From Planctomycetota bacterium (lineage in GTDB: Bacteria; Planctomycetota; UBA11346), in the NCBI GenBank assembly GCA_038231435.1, contig JBBRLJ010000012.1:1-64000 (forward strand): a stretch of DNA of 64,000 bases, read 5' to 3'. This document shows, piece after piece, positions 51,693 to 61,413 of the stretch. The translations under genes were made by a program, and so were the position numbers. The first letter of the stretch is position 1; the number at the start of each line of letters is the position of its first letter. A model generated the notes under the pieces. The model had not been told where the DNA came from. It made no database searches and was given only the letters and a program-made list of their open reading frames with translations.

Positions 51693-52451
51693 TCAGAGCT
51701 CTTGCGTCGCCGCGATGCCGATGGGGTAGAGGATCACGCCGAGAGCGTAGCCGCGCTTGTCCGCTCCGCCGGTGAAATCGAGAGTCTGCACGTCCATCTT
51801 GGCGCACACCGGACTGTCGGCGATGCAGAACGCGCGGTTGCCGGTCAGGCCCATGCCCACCGCCGGCGCTCTGGGCGCCTTGCCGGCGACGACCGCCGCC
51901 GCGTCGATGGGCAGCCCGGTGCGGTATTGGGCGTAGATCACCAGCACGCGATCGGTGGTGGTGACGGCATCGGCTGCGGTCGGCGCGCAGCCCATGACGA
52001 CGCTGCGTCCGAACGTGCACTTCGCCACCGGCGGGTTCACCGAGTCGTTGGTGCTGGTGCTGGTCGCGTCGGCGCGCAGCACCGCAGTCTCGGGGCTCGC
52101 GGTCAGTGAGCCAGCGTCCCGGTTGTCGTAGATCAGCGCCGCATATGGGCGCTCGCCCGCGCGTTGAGTGATCATCAGCCCGAAGTGCTTGGGCGCCGTG
52201 CCGTCGTCGCTGTCGGGCATGGCGTGGCGGATCGCCAGGTTCCGGGCCTGGCGCCAGCACTGCATGATGTCGGTGGCGGCAGCCGAGACCGCGCCCTTGC
52301 GCAGCGTCTTCAAGACCGCCGGCATCATCATCGACATCACCAGCATCATGATGCCGACCACCACCACGAGTTCGATCGCGGTGAAGCCCCGGCGGGCGGC
52401 GCAGGGGGTGGCGCTGGCGGTCGAGACGGGCTGAGGCAGTGGCTTGGCCAT
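51693..52451 (-). CDS. FimT/FimU/GspH-like prepilin-type protein
   Basis: RRGFTAIELVVVVGIM...MP, AATDIMQCWRQARNLAI helix. Confidence 0.85.
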   Translation of the reverse strand: MAKPLPQPVSTASATPCAARRGFTAIELVVVVGIMMLVMSMMMPAVLKTLRKGAVSAAATDIMQCWRQARNLAIRHAMPDSDDGTAPKHFGLMITQRAGERPYAALIYDNRDAGSLTASPETAVLRADATSTSTNDSVNPPVAKCTFGRSVVMGCAPTAADAVTTTDRVLVIYAQYRTGLPIDAAAVVAGKAPRAPAVGMGLTGNRAFCIADSPVCAKMDVQTLDFTGGADKRGYALGVILYPIGIAATQEL

Positions 52452-52565
52452 GGCACCCTCGGGGAGCGGCGGCGCACCCCTCGGCAGCGAGGGTGAGCGC
52501 CAGGTTTGGATATACGTATCCGCACCGCACCGAGGAATGTTACATCTAGACGTAAGTCCTTATAT

Positions 52566-53900
52566 TTAAAGGCATTCCACGAATGACATCGGCAGGCCCG
52601 CGGGAGCCCCCACGAGCGCTCCGTCGCGCATCGCGAGCGCGCCCCGGATGACCGTCATCACCGGCCAGCCGGTGACGCGCATGCCGTCGAACGGCGTCCA
52701 GCCGACCTTGGTGGCCATGGCTTTGTTCTCGATCACCCGCTGGGCGCCGAGATCGACGATGGTCAGGTCGGCATCGTAGCCGCAGGCGATGCGGCCCTTG
52801 CGCGCGATGCCGAAGATGCGCTGCGGTCCGGCAGACGTCAGATCGACGAAGCGTTCGAGGGTCAGGCGCCCCTTGGCGACGTGGTCGAGCATCACCGGCA
52901 GCAGCGTCTGCACGCCAGGCATGCCCGATGGCGTGTTCGGGTAGGCCGCGTCCTTCTCGGCGCGGGTATGCGGGGCGTGATCGGTGCCGAGCACGTCGAC
53001 GGTGCCGTCGGCGATGGCTGCCCACAGCGCGGCGCGGTGGCGTTCGTCGCGCACCGGAGGATTCATCTGCGCGTAGGCGCCGAGGCGGTCGTAGCAGTCG
53101 GGCGCCACCAGGGTCAGGTGGTTGGGCAGCACCTCGACGGTGGCGTGGTCTTTGTGGGCCCGCAGCAGCTCGAGCTCCTCGGCGGTGGTCACGTGCAGCA
53201 CGTGAACGCGCTTGCGGCGCTCCTTCGCCAGTCGCAGCAGGCGTCGCGTCGCGATCAACGCGGTCTCGACATCACGCCACATCGGGTGCATGCGCACGTG
53301 CGCGCCATGGTCGGGGATGAGCGAGCGCCGTTCCTTGAGTCGCGACTCGTCTTCGCAATGCACCGCCATGCGCCGCGATACCGAATCGAGGATGCGTCCG
53401 AGCACGGCCTCGTCGTCGACCAGCAGCGAGCCGGTGGATGAGCCCATGAACACCTTCACGCCGCAGCACCCGGGCAGGCGCTCGAGAGCGCCGAGCTGAT
53501 CGGCGTTCTCGGCGGCGCCGCCCATATAGAAGGCATGATCGACCCAGGCGCGTCCGCGCGCGCGCGCGAGCTTGTCTTCGAGGCCCTCGCGCGTGGTCAT
53601 GCTCGGCTTGGTGTTCGGCATCTCGAACAGCGCCACCACGCCGCCGAGGGCGGCGCCGGCGGTTCCGGATGCGAGGTCTTCCTTGTGCTCGAGCCCGGGC
53701 TCGCGGAAGTGCACCTGCGAGTCGATGACGCCCGGCAGCACGTGCAGGCCGCGGGCCTCGATGACGTCCGCGGCCGTGGCCTTGGACAGATCGCCGATGG
53801 CCGCAAAGCGTCCGGCGCGGATGCCGATGTCGCAGAGCGCGCGTCCGGCGTGGCTGACGACGGTGCCGCCACGGATGATCAGGTCGAATGACGCGTTCAT
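52566..53900 (-). CDS. pyrC: Dihydroorotase
   Basis: PGVIDSQVHFREPG, EMPNT, KVFMGSSTG, HCEDE, MNPP, TDHAPH, GWTPF. Confidence 0.93.
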   Translation of the reverse strand: MNASFDLIIRGGTVVSHAGRALCDIGIRAGRFAAIGDLSKATAADVIEARGLHVLPGVIDSQVHFREPGLEHKEDLASGTAGAALGGVVALFEMPNTKPSMTTREGLEDKLARARGRAWVDHAFYMGGAAENADQLGALERLPGCCGVKVFMGSSTGSLLVDDEAVLGRILDSVSRRMAVHCEDESRLKERRSLIPDHGAHVRMHPMWRDVETALIATRRLLRLAKERRKRVHVLHVTTAEELELLRAHKDHATVEVLPNHLTLVAPDCYDRLGAYAQMNPPVRDERHRAALWAAIADGTVDVLGTDHAPHTRAEKDAAYPNTPSGMPGVQTLLPVMLDHVAKGRLTLERFVDLTSAGPQRIFGIARKGRIACGYDADLTIVDLGAQRVIENKAMATKVGWTPFDGMRVTGWPVMTVIRGALAMRDGALVGAPAGLPMSFVECL

Positions 53901-54031
53901 GGCGGCATTTGATCGCCGGGGCGCCCCGGCGCCACGGGACAGGCGGCGAGCCCTCACCGATCCTGGCTCTGGTCGCCGTGGGCCGAGCCACGAGGTGCCT
54001 GCCCGCTCAGATCCTGGGCCCGGGACGGTGC

Positions 54032-54769
54032 CTAGTGGAGGGACGTGGCCTGGACCGGCGACGGCACGACGACATGGCGCGCAGGGAAGGACAGGTCGAA
54101 CGGTTCGTCCGGGGCGGGAGCTTGGTAGGTCAGGATGAGTGCGAAGCGGTCTGCGCCGGACTGGTTGGTGAACGAGGCGTGTGGCAGGCGGTCGCCGAAG
54201 ACGATGGCGCCGCCCTGGGGGACTTCGCACGCCACGTCGTCGGCCTCGCTCCAGGCCGGGTCGCTGATGACGTTGGTGAATTCGCCGTTGGTGCCCGCGC
54301 CTCCGCCATTGCTATGTGCCCATTCGCGCAGATGCCCGCCGCGCGCCACGCGCATGCAGCCATTGTCGCGCCGGGCATCGTCCAGCGCGAGCCATACCGA
54401 CATCTTGGCGCGCGTGCCGCGCCAATACGCCTGGTCGACGTGCCATGGCGTCGCGAAGCGCTTCGCCCCCGACTTGAACACGAACTTGTCGCTCATGAAC
54501 ATCACGCCATCGGGCATCAGCGGCGCGATCAGCCCGACCAGCCGCGGATCGCCCGCGAGCCGCCTGAAGCGCTCGCTGACCACCGCCACCCCGACCATCA
54601 CCGTCGCCTCGGGCCCAGCATGCTCGCGCATCAGCGCCACCGCCTCAGCCTTCAGGTCCTCGCACTCCTTCCGCGTCAGCGCCCCCGTCGCGACCACGTA
54701 CCCGTCGCGGGCGTAATCCCCCGCGATCATGCGTTTACCATCATCTCCCATCGCGTTGTCGTAGTTCAT
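54032..54769 (-). CDS. Phytanoyl-CoA dioxygenase (PhyH) family 2OG-Fe(II) oxygenase
   Basis: WHVD (HxD), WLALDD...NGCM, PHAS.TNQS..DR. Confidence 0.9.
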   Translation of the reverse strand: MNYDNAMGDDGKRMIAGDYARDGYVVATGALTRKECEDLKAEAVALMREHAGPEATVMVGVAVVSERFRRLAGDPRLVGLIAPLMPDGVMFMSDKFVFKSGAKRFATPWHVDQAYWRGTRAKMSVWLALDDARRDNGCMRVARGGHLREWAHSNGGGAGTNGEFTNVISDPAWSEADDVACEVPQGGAIVFGDRLPHASFTNQSGADRFALILTYQAPAPDEPFDLSFPARHVVVPSPVQATSLH

Positions 54770-54775
54770 GATGTC

Positions 54776-54833
54776 ATTGTATAGCCAGGAATAATCGAGA
54801 TGATTTAGCAAGACAGCCAGTATCAGTTAGCAA
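54776..54833. promoter_or_regulatory. Divergent promoter region with TTAGCAA direct repeats and a TACAAT -10 box
   Basis: AT-rich; TTAGCAA at 54805 and 54827; TACAAT on the - strand 6 nt before the PhyH ATG. Confidence 0.5.
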
Positions 54834-54890
54834 TTTCCATCACGGATTTCCCTCTTCCCTCTTCTTCGCTTCCCCGCTCCTCCTCCTTCC

Positions 54891-55691
54891 ATGCCCCACC
54901 CCATCTCCGCCTCCCCCATCGAGAGCGTCCTGCTGGTCGAACGCATCGAGCCACGTCTCGGTCGGTTCGAGGCCACGTCCCTTCCTGGCCACCTGGTGCA
55001 CGTGGTGATGAGCGGCCGGGTGCGCCAGGAGTGTAACGGCCGCGTCTACGATCTCGCCCCGCGCTCCGCCATCTGGTACCACGAGGACGAACTGGTGCGC
55101 GGCGAATGCTTCGAGCCCTGGTCGTTCTATTCGGTCAACTTCATCGCGCCGTCGCTGCCACCGCCGGAATTCGCCGCGCGCTTGGTGCGACCACCATGGA
55201 CGCGCACCATCGCCTGCTGCCGCGCGATGCATGCCGCATGGCACGACCACGCGCTGTCCGCCCAGCGACGCGAACTCGAGGTGCATGCGGCGCTCAATGG
55301 TTTGCTCGCCTGCCTCGCGAGCGTGTCGAGCGCCGAGCCGGTGCGCACGGACGAGCGCTCGCGCCTGTGGTGGTGGCTCGAGACCGAGGTGCGCAAGCGC
55401 CTCGATGAACGCCTCGACATGCCGGCTCTCGCGCGGCTCACCGGCGTCAGCGCGGCGACCATCGAGCGCTCGTGCCGGCACGCGGTGGGATTGCCGCCGA
55501 TGCGCCGCCTCAAGCGCCTGCGCTTGAGCCTCGCCAAGGGCCTGCTGGCCCGCGAGGACCTGGGCATCGGCGAGATCGCGAAGCTGGTGGGATACGACCG
55601 CGTCCACGAATTCTCGCGGGATTACCGCAAATTCTACGGAGTGCCGCCCAGCCACGGGCGGCCCGCGGGGCAGGCGCGCCGGGCCCGCTAG
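54891..55691 (+). CDS. AraC family transcriptional regulator
   Basis: C-terminal double HTH: LARLTGVS...IGEIAKLVGY....FSRDYRKFYGVPP. Confidence 0.92.
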   Translation: MPHPISASPIESVLLVERIEPRLGRFEATSLPGHLVHVVMSGRVRQECNGRVYDLAPRSAIWYHEDELVRGECFEPWSFYSVNFIAPSLPPPEFAARLVRPPWTRTIACCRAMHAAWHDHALSAQRRELEVHAALNGLLACLASVSSAEPVRTDERSRLWWWLETEVRKRLDERLDMPALARLTGVSAATIERSCRHAVGLPPMRRLKRLRLSLAKGLLAREDLGIGEIAKLVGYDRVHEFSRDYRKFYGVPPSHGRPAGQARRAR

Positions 55692-55730
55692 CGGTCGACG
55701 GGTCGGACCACGAGGGGGGCCTCGATCCGA

Positions 55731-56411
55731 TCAACCCTCGAGCGTCCGCTTCGCATCCCGTGGCTTGGCCTTCTCGGCCGCCACTCCCTGGCGCGGACAC
55801 GCGGTGGCGAACGGGCAGCGCTCGCATCGCGGCGACACCCGCTTGCAGCAATCGCGACCGAGGCGGATGAACTGGTGGCACAGCCGCACCCAGCGATGCG
55901 CGGGGAAGCGGTCGGCGAGCGCGGTCTCGGCGTGGGTCGGATGCTCGGAGGGCGTCCAGCCGAAACGGTGCGCGATGCGCTGGACATGGGTGTCGGCGGC
56001 GATCGCCGGGATGCCGAAGGCGTTGCCGAGCACCACGGCCGCGGTCTTGCGCCCGACACCGGGCAGCGCCGCCAGGTCGGCCATGCTCTGCGGCACCTTA
56101 CCGCCATGCAGTCGTACGATTGCGCGCGCGGCCTCGACGATGGCTCGGGCCTTCTGGCGGAAGAGCGGCACCTGTCGCAGCACCGGCTCGAGATCGCGAT
56201 GGTCGACGCCCGCCACCGCCTCAGGGCCGACGAAGTGCTCGGTGAACACCGCCATCACCTTGTTGACCTGCACGTCGTGAGCACGCGCCGACAGGATCGC
56301 CGCCACCAGCAGCTCCCACGGATCCTTCGCGCGCAGCTCGCAGGCGGCGTCGGGATAGAGCCGCTCGAGCGACGTGCCGACGTGTCCGGGATCGAGCACG
56401 GGCTGGTCCAT
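55731..56411 (-). CDS. nth: Endonuclease III
   Basis: LLVAAILSA, HhH LPGVGRKTA, DTHVQR, C-x6-C-x2-C-x5-C Fe-S motif. Confidence 0.93.
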   Translation of the reverse strand: MDQPVLDPGHVGTSLERLYPDAACELRAKDPWELLVAAILSARAHDVQVNKVMAVFTEHFVGPEAVAGVDHRDLEPVLRQVPLFRQKARAIVEAARAIVRLHGGKVPQSMADLAALPGVGRKTAAVVLGNAFGIPAIAADTHVQRIAHRFGWTPSEHPTHAETALADRFPAHRWVRLCHQFIRLGRDCCKRVSPRCERCPFATACPRQGVAAEKAKPRDAKRTLEG

Positions 56412-56430
56412 GGCCGTCAAATCGCCGTGG

Positions 56431-56958
56431 TCAATTGATGTAGTGCGCGACCCAGCCAGCCGGATCCACGAAGAGCCGGATGGCGGTGATCTTGCGATCG
56501 GCGCACAGGGTGAAGAGATGGTGGTAGTTCTTGGGCACCGAGATGAAGTCGCCTGGCTGCAGCTCGATGTCGAGCGCTTCGCCCTGCTTACCGTCTTGGA
56601 GAGGGAACACGGTAAAGACGCCGCGGCCCTGCACGCAGAAGCGCACCTCGTCCTCGACGTGCAGGTGCTTCTTGTCGAACTTGGCGAGCATGACGTCGAG
56701 GTTTGGCGTGTCAGGCCACAGGCTGACGACATCGGCGGTGACGTAGCCGCCCTTGGACTTCATGCGGTCGAGCTCGGGCTTGAACGCCTTCAGCACGTCC
56801 TGCTTCTCGGCATCCGACAGGTTGCGACTGCGCAGGCTCTCGGGCAGGCGGTCGACACCCCAGGTCTCGAAGCCGATGCCGATGGTCTCGAGCGCCTTGG
56901 CGACCTGCTTCTGGTCCTTGACGGTCTTCTTCGATTCGCGGTAGGTAAGCACTGCCAT
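56431..56958 (-). CDS. mtnD: Acireductone dioxygenase
   Basis: GYVTADV, KF...HLHVEDEVRF, GDFISVP...HHLF, AIRLF....GWVA. Confidence 0.92.
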   Translation of the reverse strand: MAVLTYRESKKTVKDQKQVAKALETIGIGFETWGVDRLPESLRSRNLSDAEKQDVLKAFKPELDRMKSKGGYVTADVVSLWPDTPNLDVMLAKFDKKHLHVEDEVRFCVQGRGVFTVFPLQDGKQGEALDIELQPGDFISVPKNYHHLFTLCADRKITAIRLFVDPAGWVAHYIN

Positions 56959-57092
56959 GGCTGATGATTCCTGAAGGGATGCGGGTGCGGCCGATTGCGA
57001 CGACGAGGGAATCCGAAGCCGGAGTTTCCCGGATGAATGCCGAAGGATGAAGTGTAAACAGCTCTCGGGTGTTTCCACCGGAAATGGATGCC

Positions 57093-59234
57093 ATGCCTTC
57101 GACGGACCCGCCTGGGATCAGGGCCGCACTGCCGGCGCGAGAACCGGAAGATTTCTCCTTGCGCTTCATCGCGGGGATCGGGCCGGCGCGCGCCCAGGCG
57201 CTCGCGGCCGCGGGCTTGCGCACCGCGTGGGACGTGATCCACGCGGTGCCGCGGTTGCTGCCGCCGCCGCCGCCGATGGTCGAGAGCGGGCCGCTCGAGC
57301 CCGGAGCGTTGGCGCGGGTGCGGGCGCGGGTGCTGCGCGTGCGGCCGATCTTCCGCCGCGGCCGCGGCATGTCGGTCGAGGCCATGCTCGAGCGCGCCGA
57401 CGGGTACCCGCTCAAGGCGATGTTCTTCAATGCCGGCTGGCTGAAGCGCCATCTGCTGCCGAACGAATGGTACCTGTGGGAGGGCCGCGCCGATGAGAAG
57501 CGCGCGGGGGTGCTGAACCATCCGTCGTTCACGCACATGGCGAGCGGACTCGCGACGCCCGGGCCGGTAGACGAACGGCCGCGCGTGGCGTACCGGCCGC
57601 CAGCCGGGATCTCGGAGCGCGCTTTCGAGCAGCTGGTCGAGAACGTCCTCATCGAGCACGTTCCGCGCCTGGCCGATCCGCTGGGAGAGCTCGCGCCCGC
57701 GGCGTATCAGCTGCTGATCCTCTCGCTGCACCATCCGGCAGACGCCGCCGCGCACGAGCAGGCGGCGCGCGGCCTCGCCCGCCGCGAATTGCGCGCCCTG
57801 GCCTGGCTGCTGCAGTCGCGACGCGCGCGACAGCTGTCGGAGCCCGGACGCGCCTGGACCTGGAGCGACGACATCGATCGGCGCGCGCGCGCCCGCCTGC
57901 CCTTCACCCTCACCGCCGGCCAGGACGAGGCGCTCGCGGCGATCCGCGCCGACATGCGCGCGCCCGAACCGATGTGCCGCCTGCTGCAGGGCGACGTCGG
58001 CAGCGGCAAGACCGCGTTGGCGCTGATCGCGTGCCTGGCGGTGATCGCCGAGGGGGCGCAGGCGCTGATGATGGCGCCGACCGCGATCCTCGCCGAGCAG
58101 CACCACGCGTTCTTCGCCCGCTGCCTGGCCGGTTCGCGCGTGCGCTTGCGTCTGCTCACCGCCGCCAGCACTGCCGTGGAACGCTCCGCGATCATCGCCG
58201 ATCTCGCCGCCGGACGTCTCGACGTGCTGATCGGCACGCACGCGCTGCTCGAGGACGACGTGCGGCCGCTGGCGCTGGGCCTGGTGGTGATCGACGAGCA
58301 GCACAAGTTCGGTGTGGCGCAGCGCGCCGCCCTGGTGGCCCATCGCGGCCCTGCCCAGCCGTGGCGGCCGGACCTGCTGCTGCTCACCGCCACGCCGATC
58401 CCGCGCACCCTGGCGCTGACCGTGTTCGGGGATCTCGCGGTGTCGCGCATCGCCGGCCGGCCGCCGGGACGCGGCGAGGTCACCACCGAATGCCAACGCC
58501 TTGAGGCCACGGCGCAGCTCGATGCGCCGCTGCGCGCGGCGCTCGCATCTGGCGGCCGCGCCTTCGTGATCTGCCCGTTCAAGACCCGGGCCCAGGAGAC
58601 GAGCCAGGACACGGGAGATGACGCCGGCGATGACGTTGCGCGGGCGTGGACGGCCGAGGCGGTGCTGGCCCACATCGCTGGGGTGTTCCCGGGCGAGGCC
58701 GCGCTGGTCCATGGCGATCTCCGAGACGATGAGAAGACCGCGGCGATGCGCGCGTTCGCCACGGGCGTAGCGCGCATCCTGGTGGCGACGACGGTGGTCG
58801 AGGTGGGCATCGACGTGCCCGAGGCCACCCTGCTCGCGGTGCTCGACGCCGAACGCTTCGGCCTCGCCCAGCTGCATCAGCTGCGCGGGCGCATCGGACG
58901 CGGGCCTGGCGGCGGCCGCTGCATCCTCTTCCACCGCGGCGAACTGCCATCGCCGCGGCTGCTCGCGCTCTCCGCGAGCGATGACGGCCTGGCGATCGCC
59001 GAGGCTGATCTCGCGGCGCGCGGACCGGGCGAGCTGCTCGGCACCGGGCAGCATGGCGCATTCATCCTGCGCGCCGCCGATCTGGCGCGCGATCTCGATC
59101 TGCTGCAGGATGCGCACGAGGCGGTACGCGCGGCCATCGCCCGTCATGAGCCGATGCCGCCCGGGCTCCGCCCCTTCCTGGCCGACGACCAGCTGCCCGA
59201 GGGCGCGTCGAGCGACCTGCTCGCTGGAGGCTGA
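57093..59234 (+). CDS. recG: ATP-dependent DNA helicase RecG
   Basis: LPFTLTAGQ, LLQGDVGSGKT, DEQHKFGV.QR, ATPIPRTL, VEVGIDVP, QLHQLRGRIGRG, RGPGELLG. Confidence 0.95.
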   Translation: MPSTDPPGIRAALPAREPEDFSLRFIAGIGPARAQALAAAGLRTAWDVIHAVPRLLPPPPPMVESGPLEPGALARVRARVLRVRPIFRRGRGMSVEAMLERADGYPLKAMFFNAGWLKRHLLPNEWYLWEGRADEKRAGVLNHPSFTHMASGLATPGPVDERPRVAYRPPAGISERAFEQLVENVLIEHVPRLADPLGELAPAAYQLLILSLHHPADAAAHEQAARGLARRELRALAWLLQSRRARQLSEPGRAWTWSDDIDRRARARLPFTLTAGQDEALAAIRADMRAPEPMCRLLQGDVGSGKTALALIACLAVIAEGAQALMMAPTAILAEQHHAFFARCLAGSRVRLRLLTAASTAVERSAIIADLAAGRLDVLIGTHALLEDDVRPLALGLVVIDEQHKFGVAQRAALVAHRGPAQPWRPDLLLLTATPIPRTLALTVFGDLAVSRIAGRPPGRGEVTTECQRLEATAQLDAPLRAALASGGRAFVICPFKTRAQETSQDTGDDAGDDVARAWTAEAVLAHIAGVFPGEAALVHGDLRDDEKTAAMRAFATGVARILVATTVVEVGIDVPEATLLAVLDAERFGLAQLHQLRGRIGRGPGGGRCILFHRGELPSPRLLALSASDDGLAIAEADLAARGPGELLGTGQHGAFILRAADLARDLDLLQDAHEAVRAAIARHEPMPPGLRPFLADDQLPEGASSDLLAGG

Positions 59235-59258
59235 AGGGGCGCTCGCTACCATGGTGCC

Positions 59259-60233
59259 ATGGCCACGTGCTACATCTGCTGCCCGGCCTACGCCCTCGAA
59301 GGGCCGCTGAAGAAGACACGCGCCATCGAGGCGATCGAACCCTTCGCCAAGGAATTCGCGCTCGAGATCGTGCCTTCGCCGCTGATGGACCGCCACCTGG
59401 GCACCGGCGCCTGGCTGCCCACCGCCGAACGGCGCGCCGACCTCCGCCGCGCCCTCGAGCACGACGTGGTGTGGGCATGCATGGGCGGCTACGGTTCCAT
59501 CCACCTGGTGGGCGATCTGATGGCGGCGTCGCCGGCCAAGCAGCCGATGATCATCGGCTACAGCGACATCACCGTTCTGCACGCCTGCTGGCGCGCGCGT
59601 GGATGGGGCGAGGGCTGCTACATCGCTCTCCCGCCCGGTCGCCACGGCCGCGCGGGCGAGAGCCTGCTCGCGCTGATGCGCGGCACCTCGTACCGCCGCT
59701 CGGGCGAGATCGACGCCGGCGTGCGCGTACTGCGCTCCGGCAGCGCCAAGGGCCCGTGCATGAGCGCGTGCGTCTCGGTGTTCGCCGGATTGTGCGGCAC
59801 CCCGGCGATGCCGTCGCTGCGCGGCTGCGTGCTGGCGATCGAGGACGTTGACGAGCATCCGTTCCAGCTCGACTACGCGCTGATGCAGCTGTGGCTGTCG
59901 GGCGCGCTCGAGGGCATCGTCGGCCTGATCGGCGGATCGTTCACCCACAAGGAGCGCTCGGACTACCACGGGCCGACCATCGACGAGGTGCTGGCCGAAT
60001 GGGCGCACCGCCTGGGCATTCCGGCGATCTCGCGTCTGCCGTTCGGGCACATCGACGACGGCCTGACCATGCCGTGCGGCCGCGAGGTCGAGCTGTCGTG
60101 CGACGAGCGCGGCGCATGGCAGTTCATCGTCTCCGAGCACCCTGATCCGCCCGCGTGGTCGCGCTCCGGGTCGCCAACAGGGAAGCACGCCTCTCCGGCA
60201 CATGCGGCTCCATCCAGGAAGGCATCCACATGA
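59259..60233 (+). CDS. S66 LD-carboxypeptidase (LdcA/MccF-like)
   Basis: GGYGS, GYSDIT (catalytic Ser), IEDV (Glu), PFGH (His). Confidence 0.88.
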   Translation: MATCYICCPAYALEGPLKKTRAIEAIEPFAKEFALEIVPSPLMDRHLGTGAWLPTAERRADLRRALEHDVVWACMGGYGSIHLVGDLMAASPAKQPMIIGYSDITVLHACWRARGWGEGCYIALPPGRHGRAGESLLALMRGTSYRRSGEIDAGVRVLRSGSAKGPCMSACVSVFAGLCGTPAMPSLRGCVLAIEDVDEHPFQLDYALMQLWLSGALEGIVGLIGGSFTHKERSDYHGPTIDEVLAEWAHRLGIPAISRLPFGHIDDGLTMPCGREVELSCDERGAWQFIVSEHPDPPAWSRSGSPTGKHASPAHAAPSRKAST

Positions 60234-61387
60234 GCACCTCCGAGGCATCTCTCCTGGCAGGGATCGTCGCGCGCGCGGTCGAGCTCCGCCACGATCTGCA
60301 CCGCCATCCAGAGCTGATGTTCGAGGAGCACCGCACCGCGGCCGTGGTGCGCGCGCAGCTCGATCGCATCGGCATCCCGTGGCGCGCCTGCGCGGTCACC
60401 GGCACGCTCGCCACCCTGGCGCCCTCGGCGACGGGCACGCACATCGCGCTGCGCGCTGACCTCGACGCGCTGCCGCTCACCGAGTGCACCAGCCTCGCCT
60501 ACTCCAGCGTGCACGAGGGCAAGATGCACGCCTGCGGCCATGACGGCCACACCGCCAGCCTGGTCGCCGCCGCCGAATGGCTGAAGTCGCGCGAGCGCGA
60601 CCTGCCGGGCCCGGTGACCCTGCTCTTCCAGCCGGCGGAAGAGGGCGGCCATGGCGCGAAGCGCATGATCGACGACGGCGCCCTCACCGGCATCGACGAG
60701 ATCTACGGCTACCACAACTGGCCGCCGCTGGCATTCGGCAAGGCCGCCTGCGGCCCCGGCCCGGTGCTCGCCGCCAACGGCGAATGGGAGGCCACCATCT
60801 CGGGCCGCGGCGGTCACGCCGCGCAGCCGCACCAGACCATCGATCCGGTGGTGGCCGGCGCCGCGTTCGTCACGCTGCTGCAGCAGGTGGTGAGCCGCCA
60901 GGTCTCGCCGACCGAGGCCTCGGTGCTGTCGGTCACCTGCTTCCACGCCGGCACCTTCAACAACATCATCCCCGACGAGGCCAAGCTGGTCGGCACGGTG
61001 CGCGCCGCGACCACCCAGCTGCGCGACGAGCTCGCGCGGCGCGCCGAGGCGGTGCTGGTCTCGGCGTGCTCGGTGTCCGGAGCCAAGCCGCATTTCGAGT
61101 TCACGCCCTGCTATCCCGCGACGGTGAACGATCCACGGTGCGCGGCGCGCGCCTGCGCGGCGATCGAGCGCGTGCTCGGACCGGGCAGCGTCGACGCTGC
61201 CGCGCTGCCGGTGATGGTCTCCGAGGACTTCTCCTACTATCTGGAGCAGCGGCCCGGCGCGTACATGCTGTTGGGCGCAGGTGTAGCGGGTCGAGAGCTC
61301 GAGCCGTGCCACAGCCCGCGCTTCGACTACCACGACGGCCTGATCCCGGTGGTGGTGAAGTTGTGGGCGGATCTCGCCGGACTGTGA
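60230..61387 (+). CDS. M20D amidohydrolase
   Basis: HRHPEL, RADLDAL, HACGHDGH, QPAEE, GGHAA.PH, SEDF, HSPRFD. Confidence 0.93.
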   Translation: MSTSEASLLAGIVARAVELRHDLHRHPELMFEEHRTAAVVRAQLDRIGIPWRACAVTGTLATLAPSATGTHIALRADLDALPLTECTSLAYSSVHEGKMHACGHDGHTASLVAAAEWLKSRERDLPGPVTLLFQPAEEGGHGAKRMIDDGALTGIDEIYGYHNWPPLAFGKAACGPGPVLAANGEWEATISGRGGHAAQPHQTIDPVVAGAAFVTLLQQVVSRQVSPTEASVLSVTCFHAGTFNNIIPDEAKLVGTVRAATTQLRDELARRAEAVLVSACSVSGAKPHFEFTPCYPATVNDPRCAARACAAIERVLGPGSVDAAALPVMVSEDFSYYLEQRPGAYMLLGAGVAGRELEPCHSPRFDYHDGLIPVVVKLWADLAGL

Positions 61388-61413
61388 TCATCGATGATGA
61401 TCGTTGATGACCG

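Noticed and set aside
51691..52530. N-terminal 280 aa of the 1346-aa ORF
   Set aside because: Out-of-frame overlap with the FimT-like gene; the prepilin signal defines the real start near 51690.
56790..60248. 1152-aa minus-strand ORF
   Set aside because: Antisense shadow of recG and the S66 gene; no motifs; expected in high-GC DNA.
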